Below are positions 25,664 through 36,676 of a stretch of 64,000 bases of DNA, piece by piece (position 1 is the stretch's first letter; each line of letters opens with the position of its first letter). The stretch is from Pseudogymnoascus verrucosus (lineage: Eukaryota): assembly GCA_001662655.1 (NCBI GenBank), contig KV460229.1. One strand, 5' to 3'. The position numbers and the translations under genes are program-made. The notes below the pieces were generated by a model. It did not search any database, was not told the origin of the DNA, and was given only the letters and a program-made list of their open reading frames with translations.

Positions 25664-27020
25664 TCACTCAGCCTCTCCCCCATCCCCTTGCATACACCCC
25701 TCAACCACCTTCCCAGTATCAACCGGTGTGTCCAAGAAGCGCGCATGAACACTCAATTCCTCCTCTCCAAACACAAACCCATCCTCCTCGTACACCGGCT
25801 CGGGCGTTCTCTCGCACCTCTCCTCCATAATAAGATTCATCTCTCGAGGTGTAAACATCGGTCCCTGAGCTCTTATTCTCTCGGAATCCTCCACCTCGCC
25901 GAGGAATTTACAGAGTTTCGCCGAGTTGATGAGGAGTGAGGCGTCGGGGTCCACCGATTCGAGGAGGCCCCTCGGGGCGAAGTCGCGGAGCATGAGGCGC
26001 AGACCGCTGCCTTTGGCGGGGTTGGGGGTTCCTTGCTCGTCGCGGAGGATCTGGAGTAGTGTTAGTAAGAAAATACAGTCATTTGTCATAATTTTGTGGT
26101 CTGAAAGCCTCCACAGAGCCCTGTGTGATAATGTCGGTTTGGACAGGGAATTGCAGATGTTCGATTTCTGTAATATGCACTCGTGTAACAACTATTTCCA
26201 CTCGTGGGGCTCTATATGCCACAAGAGTAAAAGAAAAGAACTTACCTGAGTCTCGGATTGAACGTCAATAGCGGGCAGCCCCTTCTCGGGGTGTATGAAG
26301 AACAGTGAAGAGTTACCTTCTTCGTCTCCATGTGGAACTCAAACCCAAACAAAGGCGCGAATATTCCCTCGGGATTCTAGAATGTAATCGCTAGCCAAGC
26401 AGCTCAGAGACTTGGGACCCGGCGAGTTGGCGAGCTCAAAGACAACAGGCGGCCAATATTTGCGTGTATATATGAACTGGAGCCGGGATCATGCCTGATA
26501 ATCACACGTTCTTTGCCTGGGGGGTTGATGAGTAGAGTCGCTGACCCAGCCCTGAATATACCCTTGACAAGCAGCCTTGATTGGGTGTCGCTGTCTGCTG
26601 CCATGGCTCTCAATCTTTGCTGTATCCGGAGGACTACTTGGCACTTGAATGATTCATGCATAGCCGTGGGCCTTCGTATGACAAAGGTGCTTGTCCTGGA
26701 ATCGTAGCTGACCTAGGATAGTAAGCATATGCATCACTGACGGCGGGGTTACTAGAGTTGTATACTAACGTGGACTTACACTCTACCCATTCCCAAAGAG
26801 TTTCATTTTTCTCAATACGGACAAGCAGATCGTCGTACTCGTGAAGTTGAAGTGGCAGTACGATCCAAGGATCATCCAAGTTGTGTCGGCCTCGTTGAAG
26901 ACTTCGGAGGAGGAGTAGGATCCTCGCCACGTTGGCTGTCAGTGGTAGTGTCTTGGTCTCCACGATGGATGATAGTTCTGTGTCGCTCGCCATGATGGAT
27001 GGATCCGTGGTGTTTGCCAT
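25664..27020 (-). pseudogene. Disrupted fungal gene with a Uma2/PD-(D/E)xK-like nuclease signature
   Basis: Exons read FVIRRPTAMHE...RHDP / frameshift ~26480 / QFIYTRKYWPPVVFELANS...LASDYILESRGNIRAFVWV, in-frame TGA ~26340, then last exon ILRDEQGTPNP...GLRLMLRDF. Confidence 0.55.
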
Positions 27021-27769
27021 GTATGACGATTGTGTAAGGGAGGATGAAACACTGTGGAATGATCGGGGAAGGTGAAGTGTGTCGATCTGTTCGTGCATGA
27101 GATGCAGACGTGGTAGTTTGTGAGATTGGCTTTTGGAGGCATTGAATTCACTTGGGCGTGAGTGTTTCATTCTCCCCAAAAGCCGCGAAGGGAGCGTCTA
27201 CTTCCGATAAACCAGCACCTGCAAGTGCTGCTGATGGAATTCCTTTTCTTTGTTCGATGTCTAAGTAGCCAATTTGTGAATTGCAATACGATACTTGGAA
27301 AGCATACATGCTAACACAACAATTCCTGGGGTATAGTTTTGGAGGCGCTTATTCCTAAGCCATAATTATCTTAAACGAATAATGAGTTAAGGCTATTCTA
27401 GAACTCTGATGGTTGATATGTGTGATACCCTCGTCAGATTTTGAGGCCGCATATGAGTATCACTACGTTGGAGCCCACATCTCATGATTCGGTTTCCGCA
27501 AGGTATACCCTCAATTATATTTACTTCATAGTGTTCTATTCCTCAAATTTAAAATAGACAAGGCTCTATCTCCAAAACCGGTATTTTCGATGAGGGCAAC
27601 CATCCTATTAGCCTATGGTATGGTCAATATACATCAACTTGAATTACAACAACTTGCATAAAATAGGAGAGCTTAGTCGACGGCGCAATGCACTTTCGAC
27701 GCCTCATGGCCTAAGAGCCACTCTGCGAGTCCACCAAAAATCCACGGGTGTGCTGTACAATGCGACAAA

Positions 27770-30700
27770 CTACCTCCATGTTTGAAACATCTCCTCAACG
27801 CCTGCAACATACTCCACCTTGTCTGTGTAGAGTAGCAATGTAGCGACCGCCGTATGCCCCCAATCCTTACCTCCCCTCTCTGACGACTGGTCTACAGCCC
27901 ACCACAGCGGTGACAGGCCCTCCTTATCCTTTTTGTCAGCCTCAACCTCGCCTGTGTCGAGTAGTAACTTAATAATAGCCGCATGTCCGTTCCTAGCAGC
28001 ATATGACAACGGCGACCGGCCATCATGATCTGCTAAGTCGGCCTCAACTTTGTCGGTTTCAAGCAGTAGCCTAGTGACAGCCACATGGCCCCCTCTAGCA
28101 GCCCATGATAACGGCGACCGGCCATCATAATCTACTAAGTCGGCCTCAACTTTGTCGGTTTCAAGCAGTAGCCTAGTAACAGCCACATGCCCCCCTCCAG
28201 CAGCCCACGAAAGCGGTGACCGGCCGTTCTCGTCCCTTAAGTTAGCGTCAACCTTGCCCGTGTTAAGCAGTAAACTAGTAACAGCCTCATGCCCGCCCTT
28301 AGAAGCTAACGACAGAGGTGATTGGCGAAGTAAATTATCCCTTAAATCAGCTTCAACATCGCCTGTGTTGAGTAGTAGCCTAGTGACATCCTCATGTCCA
28401 TTATTAGCAGCCCACGATAGCGGAGACCGGCCAGATATATCCCTTAAGTCAGCCTTAGCCTTGCCTATATCAAGTAGCAGCCTAGCAACTGCTTCATGTC
28501 CACCTCTAGCAGCCCACGATAGCGGAGGCCGGCCAGCCATATCTCTCAGGTCAACCTCAGCCTTGCCTATACTAAGTAACAGCCTAGCAACTGCCTCATG
28601 CCCCTTCTCAGCAGCCCACGACAGTGGTGTCCGGCTGTACTCATCCCTTAAGTCGGCCTCAACCTTGCCTGTGTCAAGCAGCAGCCTGACAGTGGCCTCC
28701 TTCCCGCACTCAGCAGCCCATGACAATGGCGACTTGCCATTCATGTCCTGGATATTGAGGTTGGCCTTTTGTTCATGTAATAATTCCACAGCCCCTTCAT
28801 GTCCCTCGATGGCGGCGCGGAGCAACCAAGCGTCACGTAATATTGGCGCGTCCGCCACCTCGATTGTCAATTGGCGTAACACGTTAGGATAGCTTGCAGC
28901 TGGTTCCTTCCCAGAGCTAATCCTGAACATATCAAATAAGGCAGGACTACTCGCTATTGCATGGTCCTCCCACTTTGTCGTTGCGTATTGGAGCAATGGG
29001 TACTCTAGGAAGTGTTCGTGCAAATCCTGATGCTTTTTTTCGATAAGACATCTGAACCCATGACGACTTTCATAAGAGGCAAACCAGTTGCGATCATTAA
29101 AAGTTTTTGAAGTCAGGTAGTTCCAACACACCTGGAAAAGGACGAGGTTTGCGCGGTCTCGGGAGGTATGATACCATGCGTCCTGTAACCCATCGTGATT
29201 GTCCAATAGGAAATCTTTCACGGATTGGTGGCAGAAGTTAATTGTTGCATAGTTATCGTTACCCTTAACACCCAGGTAGATGATGGAACTACATGACAAA
29301 CATATGTCCGTATATTCGTCCCCATGCCGACGTGACAGCACTCTGCCATCTTTCCATACGGCAAAGGCACTTGCTATTTCGTGCTTTTTGAGTGGGCTCT
29401 GGGCAGCAACCATACTAAGTAGAAGAAATTGGACGTCTTCGCGTGCCTCGTTAGAAACATTTTTGATCAAAATTTGGGTATATGTTTCGTTGAGCCCCTT
29501 AGGAAGCTGTTTTAGTTTGTCTTTCACGTTATACCTGTGTTCCTTCTCGAGGTCAGCAACCATGAGTGATACCCATAAAAAGGTGCCTTCCGCTTCGTTC
29601 TTCAGGGCGTTCTCTACCATTTGTTTTAGCTCTGGTGTGTACCCCTTCCGTTTAGCAAGTCGATCAACTTCAGAATCAATATACATGGACAGATCATAGT
29701 TGACGCTAGTAGAGTTCATTAACAGACGGGTGCCCACACCACGCAGCTCCTCCATAATATCATTCTCAGGCCGTGATGTAACGAGGAACTTAAACTTCCC
29801 CGTTTGTGTTGTCAGTGACGTCTGCAAGAGCTCTCTTATACAGGAGAGCAATCCCTTGCGCAAGGATCCATCACATTCGTCGAGAGCGTCAATCAGAATG
29901 AACACTTCGCCAGCCCGTTCATCCTGAAGCATGCCCTTAAGAATTCTCGCGAGAGTGGAGAAATTCCCGGCGATGGTGTTTCCCTGAGCATTAAAGTCTG
30001 GTTTAATAATGTCGAATAGCTCATTTCTCTGGAGCAGGATCTGCCAAATAAGGCTTCGAAGTATAGCTATTGGCGTCTTCCGGTCCTGATCTTTATCATC
30101 GCAGAAAAAGTAGGCTAATGCTTTGCTAGGGGCCCTCTCAACCTTTTTCTGCAGCTCATCAACAAGAAAGGTCGACATCATCGTCTTTCCAATTCCAGGA
30201 GAGCCAGTGATGCAGAATAGCTGAGGATTTTCAGATGCTCCCCATGCGGAGAATTCCTTTCGTCTGAGAATCCATTCGCAAGTGTTCCCTACCCTTTCAC
30301 CCTTTTGGTGCTTAATGTCTGACAGGACATCTTGGGCATTCATCACTCCCATTCCCTGCAGGAATTCCCGGAGCTGTTTTGTTGTAGTGATTTGCTCGTC
30401 TGTAATAGCCACTGGAATAGCCACTGGAATAGCCCTCGGGGTTCGGCGCCGCCTAAGCATCTCTTCCGCATTTGCTGCCATTCGAACTATCTCTGGGTAG
30501 ACCTGCCGGAAAGAAGGATCGTCTGGGCCGTAGAATTTGTTGATCTTGAAGTGATCTGTGTTTAGAGATATCTTCTGATGGCCGTCAATACAGGCACTAG
30601 TCTCATTTACAACCTAGAAATGTTAGTTGAGGTAGTGGAAATGGTCATCTGAATACGAACCACTTCTTTGAACATAGACTTCACAATGAATCTCAAAGGC

Positions 30701-31619
30701 CCTGCCCTGGTAGAATAGTCCGTCCGTAGTTTTTCATAGTAACACACCACAGGCACTGACTCTGAAAATAGCCAGCTGGAGAATTCATACAGGCGATCTG
30801 TCAAGGTTCCTGACTGTTCTTGTAGATCGTCTAGTATTCTTTCTTCGGTGCTAACAAAAGTCCCTGCTACTGACGCGATTAATGCTCCCCATTTCGCAGC
30901 TTTGCTGCCCCGGTGAGGCGTGCCCAGAAATATCACCCCGACGGTAGACCCAACAATATGCTTATACTCTGGATGCAATCTAGCAGAGATGATGGCCTGC
31001 CAATAATTTAGCATAACTGAAAGAAGGTCAGGATTCAGAAAGCCACAGACCTGCTCAATTAAGTTACCGCCAAAGCTGTGACCAATAAAGATCAATGGTC
31101 GGTCAATAGCCTTTGGTGGATTGTTAATCATTTGTTGCTGATAGTAAAAGAAACAAAAACCTACCTTCTCGCGGTTGTTTCGGAGACTATTCAACAGGTT
31201 GTCGGAAATGTTGGAGAGCCGTTGCTGAGGGGCTTTTAAAAACCACTTAGAGTCGTAGTTGAAGGTCATAACTCGACAAGGCAGTCTGGAGGACAGCAGT
31301 TTGGAGGGCAACAAATCCCTCAACCAATTCAATGGCGTGTCAGGGTAGCTTGGGTTGCCCCGAGGATTGTTTTTTGGTAGCCAAACCCAGGCATAATCTG
31401 GATTCGCACCGAGTCCATGCACGGCTACGATGCTGAGATGGTTAGTTCTACTGTCTAAGGCTTTGTTATGGTAAATACGTACTCAACGGCTGCGTTAACA
31501 TCTTCGTGCAAAATATCGATCAAAGGTTCAGCTTTAGCTGGTGGTACGCCGCTCCCAGCTGAGGTGCTATTGTCTTCATTTCCAACGGCGTCCCCCACAA
31601 CGTCGTTACCGCGTTGCAT
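27770..31619 (-). CDS. Fungal NLR-like protein: alpha/beta-hydrolase + NACHT + ~10 ankyrin repeats
   Basis: DIVAVHGLG, VMTFNY, GHSFGG, FLGTPHRGS, DHFKINKF; Walker A GSPGIGKT; Walker B ILIDALDE; FCHQSVKDFL; 34-aa ankyrins GRSPLSWAA..GH.AV.RLLL.TGKVEADL.D. Confidence 0.9.
27880..28800 (-). repeat. Array of ~102-bp ankyrin-coding repeats with high internal similarity
   Basis: Units at ~28012-28113 and ~28114-28215 are nearly identical at DNA level. Confidence 0.85.
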
Positions 31620-33181
31620 AGCGTCGCCTTCGTGCTTCTTCAGTCACCGTAAATGCTCCCCAAGAACATGCGTTTGGATATTGAAGTCTCTCTTCGTAAC
31701 GTGATGCGTTGGCATAACGAAGCCTCGACGCGAGGTCTTCGCTCCTGCGGTCTTCACGCGGAAGGAAGGCAGCCAATAATAACGATCGTGGCTGGCAATT
31801 GGGGGCCATATTTGGGATGCATGGTATTGTGCTATACTATTCTCCAAGGCTGCGGAGTGTTCTATATACAGCTGCCCACGTGGTTATGTTGTATCATCCC
31901 TTGACAAGCTGCATATGAGTATATGAAACTCCGTGGACATTAGCATAAGGATAGGTTCAAGGGTGCCTTTGTGTTTTCCATAATCATTGCCGGTAAAGTC
32001 TGACCTGGTAGAATAGCTACCGCACGTGATGTCACGGGTAATTTTGTCCCACACCTGACTTGAACTACAATCTCCCAACTCCATTTCAGCGCTCTCAGCA
32101 TCTCAACAACCATGGAGGATGATAAAAGGAGCATCGCCAAAAAGACATGGAATTCTGCATTTCGACTCGGGTTTATTCATTATGAAACCCCAATGAAGTA
32201 GTGGATAGCGATTGGGAGGATCTTGGGGCTAGAGGATACGATAACCGACTCATAGCACACACCCCCTAAAGTCAGGCTGTATTACTCGTAGAGGTCCCAT
32301 GGCCACCCCTTCCGGCTGAATATGGCAGTGGAAGGCTGTCAGATAGGGAGTGGGCACACTGGAAGCTCGAGATGTGTCTGCTCAGTTGATGCAACGAAAA
32401 GGTTGGGTGAGGTCGGATACTACTGACGGCCAGGGCGCCTCGATATCATCAATCCTGCTGCGGATCATGGTTTGCCCTAACATGGTAAGCAATCCACTCG
32501 TCGTTCTCACATTTAACCACTTGATGTCCGTAAAAATGCATCCTGCTGTCTCACGGTAAGCTACCTGCTTCTGCTCGAATCCTGCTTCCCTCAGGTATGG
32601 TGGGAGAACGGCACGACGTTTGGACGCGCAAATCACGGAGAGCTGGAGGGTTGACTGTGAATTCCGATCATTGCATATTTTATGGCGTATTTGATTACAG
32701 ATTCAGTCGTAGGCTTATTGTCTTTGCACACTACCAAAGTAAGAATCCCTCGTCGCCGTCTGAAAGCGACCTCGGGGGACATGGGGCAGTACATCCTATT
32801 TTCACAAATGATACCTTGAATTAGGAGAAGCACTTGACATGTCAGCAAGGATGCGGCTCCTCTAGGAGCAAACACGAGACCCCGCCGCCCAGAGACGCAA
32901 GTCCCAATGTGGCAACTGACGATGGAGTCCATGGCTCTTGTGATCGCGGGTTACATTCTTACGGTTACATCTTGCCAGATTGAGAAGGTTCTGGGACATA
33001 TATTCCAAGCAATGGGGACCTCACGTTTTGCAGGTGTGTAGGACAGCTGGATCCTTCATTTTTTGGGGCCAGCGGAGTAGTATATAAGTTATGAGAAAGA
33101 CCACCGAATTTTATATGTCTTCAGAGTAGATATCAGCTCACTACTCTGCATTCCGGAGCTGCTAGGGCTTCACACCTATCG

Positions 33182-33610
33182 ATGAGACTTCAAACACCGA
33201 GTGTGACTAGCATTGTGTCGACTAGTGTCTTCGACAGGGATATCAGTGAAGGCTTTGATATGGGCGAAGTATCCGTCGGAAGTGACTGTACCCACGGCGC
33301 TTGTCCTGAATACAATGTTTCCTTCGACTTCATGGAGGAAGTCTGGCAGAACCAGACCTACACGTACACTATCCGCGTCAACGATTGCGGGCAATGCATC
33401 TCGGTAAAGGCCAGCGATGGAGGATGCGCCAATTTCGTTTCCTGCGGACAAAAGCAGTTGATCTGTGTCGACTCCACCAGGGGGCGTGGTTTCCGTGATA
33501 AGGGTGGCACGAAATGCTTCATTCTTAGTCGTGGGAAGATCGCTAACTGTGGGTTGGCGAAAACGACGCAAATTTTTTGGCCTACGGGAAAGACTGTCTG
33601 CCGTTGGTAG
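33182..33610 (+). CDS. Small cysteine-rich protein (142 aa, 10 Cys), effector/toxin-like, unknown function
   Basis: Single ORF with spaced Cys (DCTHGAC, NDCGQC, GC...SCG...ICVD, KCF, NCG, VCRW) and TATATAA at ~33081; no convincing signal peptide. Confidence 0.6.
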   Translation: MRLQTPSVTSIVSTSVFDRDISEGFDMGEVSVGSDCTHGACPEYNVSFDFMEEVWQNQTYTYTIRVNDCGQCISVKASDGGCANFVSCGQKQLICVDSTRGRGFRDKGGTKCFILSRGKIANCGLAKTTQIFWPTGKTVCRW

Positions 33611-34341
33611 ACTGAGGCGATCTGGGTGCAATCGATACCATTCACACGAGTGTTGAAATGGCGGAAGTCAGATCACGGAGTTGAGCGGCCTTGTGGCGAC
33701 GTGGATGATTATAATTTTTGCAGACTATCTTCGTAGACCAAGGATTTTATTCAAAGTCACTGTCTCTCAGTTATAATACAACTATGGGTGATTGCCTTTA
33801 CTACTATTCAATACCTTAATCATTGAGAATATGAGCTGTCCATATATACGCGTGATTGGTAACAAAAGACGATAAAGTAGTAATAAAGAAGCTAATATTA
33901 TGTATAGGGGTAGACATAACTCGGCTTTGGCGAATAATCACGATTAATGTTTGGGATAGAAGCTGGGCTTTTAATTATTGCATATCCTCGTAATTAACGC
34001 AATTTTTATATTCTCGTTCGCAGAAACTATTTTGACCACACCATTTTATCAACCCTTGAACGAAACCGTATAATAAGCGACGATGGAATATTCTATTGTA
34101 CAACAGCAAACCGCCCAAGGTTAGTACAGCAACCGCAGTGGTTCTTTCTGTTGCTGTCAGCAAACTTGAGACTGCAAGCTAGACTCTCAAAGGGTTGAGG
34201 ATGGCCGTAGGATGTAATTGAGGCCCATAAGAGACCGACGCATTCCCACCTTAACGTCTATCCTTAGAAATATAGAGAACAATTATATTAAGAGGGAGCC
34301 AAACATGCCCACCAGAACTTCCTGCACATACCACATCATAC

Positions 34342-35809
34342 CTACCCAAACGTAATCTTCGTCCTCGTCAAGTCTTTAAAAACATCATCCAACACCTCCC
34401 TCTTTCTCTTTTCTCGCCCGACTTCCTCTCTCCTATCCCTATCGCCCTCCACAACTTCGTCCACCATCTCCTCACCCACGCCCGGCCCCCAAACCCTCAC
34501 AACCCCGTCACTTCCACCACTCACAAAACCCTCCCCCACCCCCCTCCACGCCAAACTAGTCACTCGCCTCCCCACACTTCTCTCCCCCGTCCCGGTCCGC
34601 GCTCTCACAACCGCCACACTCGGCCCAGGCAAGCGCAGCCTATTGACCGCCCTCCCCTCATGCAGCTCAAACATAACCACTTCCCCCTCATTTGGATACA
34701 CTAGTAGGCCCCCCTTCGGCCTGGTATGTTCCACCGGGCTTAGCAGCAGCGGCTTTGTCTCCAATTTTGAATTTCTTAGCGTCGGCCCAAAATGCGCCAG
34801 CGTATTCGCCCCGGAACTTGCGTCCCACACACGAACCGCGGCGTCATGGCCCGCGCTGACGATGTACTGCCCATCATCCGTCCACTCGATGCCATTCACA
34901 GCAGCGCCGTGCGCCTTCGCCGCCGCACGACTGGGCCGGTCGAGCCCATCGCCGAGTCCAATCGAGTCTTCGAGGTCTAGGAGCCGGAGCGTACCCGATG
35001 CTTTCCGCACGTCCCAGATGCGTAGGGTGCCGTCTGTGCCGCCGGTAGCGAGGATATGCTCATTTGTTGGGGACCAGGAGGCGGCGAGGACGGCGCCGGT
35101 GTGTCCTGCGAGGCTGTGTGTTGAGGCGCCGGAGTGGAGGTCGACGAGCCGCACGAGGGGGTGCTGCGTGCAGCATGCTACCAGGAGATGGGAGGCAATT
35201 GGGGAGAGGGCGTGGGTGTAGATTATGGAGTCGAGGGTGAAAGAGGCGGAGGGTTGGAGGGTGGCGGTGGAGTAGATCTTGAGGGTGTGATCATAGGAGG
35301 AGGAGAGGAAGGCGGTGGGTTCGAATGGGTAGAAGGATACGTGAGTTATGCCGAATTGGTGGGTTGAGGGGCCTCTGGGATGGTGTTAGATTATGATATA
35401 CAATGCGGAATCAGGACAATTCACCTCTTTACTTCGCCTATGGTTTTCAGTGTCTGATCTTTCTTCTGGGGCGTAATCTGCTCCAAGTCCCATAGCTTGA
35501 TCGTGGAGTCCGCCCCGCCAGTCAGCATCCTACAGGCATCAGCGCATTGTCACATCAGCATATTCTCTAAACTCACAATTTATGCTCAAACCTATCCACA
35601 GCCAGACTATTCACTCCGGCCTGACATGCCCACGCACTCTCCTTTCCAGCCGTCCTTTCGCCTTCTATTGGAGCCGGCGCGGCATCCCCGCCATCAAACT
35701 TCACATGTGGCCAGAGCTGCAGCGAATGCAGCGCTCGACTGGCGACAGCTCTCGCAAAAGAGCCTTGACCGATAGAGGCGCTCTCGCGTTCAAAAAAGAG
35801 CCGATTCAT
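34342..35809 (-). CDS. RAD28: WD40 DNA excision repair protein CSA/ERCC8 (Rad28/Ckn1), 3 exons
   Basis: GVNSLAVD, LTGGADSTIKLWD, HQFGITHVSFYPF...FLSSSYDHTLKIY, VRLVDLHSGASTHSLAGH, WSP..EHILATGGTDG, AHGAAVNG. Confidence 0.85.
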
Positions 35810-36067
35810 GCATTCCCCTACCCACGAAACGCGTTGATGTGGGCGTCGTTGACGTCGTTGGAGCCATGACGCTGTTATGGTAGCCTTGCACGGTAGTTAA
35901 TGCACGGACCCACAAGGCTGAAAATGTCAGTTACACATTTGTCCATCACGTCGCTCAAAACAACATCACTCAACATCACTGTAGACAATTTCTCAAAGTC
36001 GCATCTCGAGATGGATTTTTAAGTTCCATTGACCCTCACAGGCGTCACGGTTGCATCTCGGCCTATA

Positions 36068-36676
36068 ATGGCCTCAAAATCACGAACCCAGAGCGCCTTC
36101 CTCGCACCCCCCGCCGACTCTCCACAAAGCACTACCCAACCACAAACCCCCGCTATCCCGCGCCGTCAAGCAACCCTCTACGATGCCATTGCCGGTCTGT
36201 AACCCTTCCGTCTTCATATATATATGACCCAGCTAATAAGCCACCCAGGCCGCAGCACGCAACACGGCCTCACCCGCACCCCGACTCCGCACGCCATCGC
36301 CCCCGAAACAGTCCTCTTCCAACGTGCCGCCGCCCCGGACCGACACGTAGAGACGGATACATATTTTGCATCTGATGATGCCGCGGGGCATCTACCCGAC
36401 TCGGATCTGTTGAAGGCATTACATGTATATGCTGCGGACTTTTATGCCGCGGAGCGAGAGGCAGGTGCCGATTATAGGAGTCTCGATGAGACGGCGCTTT
36501 TGGCCCTGGGGGTACTAATGGAGGAGTTATGCCGGGAGCAGCTTGGGGACGGGGGAGACTTGGTGTTTACTGAGGGAGAGGTGGAGGAGGAAGGGGTTGG
36601 GAGGGCAAGAAGTCAGTCGCGGGGTGTTGGCCGGGAAGGGAAGAGGAGGAAAGTCGAGAGAGAGCTCGACGGATGA
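36068..36676 (+). CDS. RRN10: RNA polymerase I upstream activation factor subunit Rrn10-like, 2 exons (intron ~36194-36248)
   Basis: TLYDAIAG|R, APETVLF, LPDSDLLKALHVYAADFY, SLDETALLALGVLMEE. Confidence 0.7.

Noticed and set aside
27880..28800. CRISPR-like or transposon repeat array
   Set aside because: Repeats are in-frame ankyrin coding units without spacers; no transposase, RT, LTR or TIR was recognised anywhere in the window
30408..30433. 12-bp tandem duplication giving AIPVAIPVAI in the NLR linker
   Set aside because: In-frame micro-duplication in a linker with no evident functional consequence
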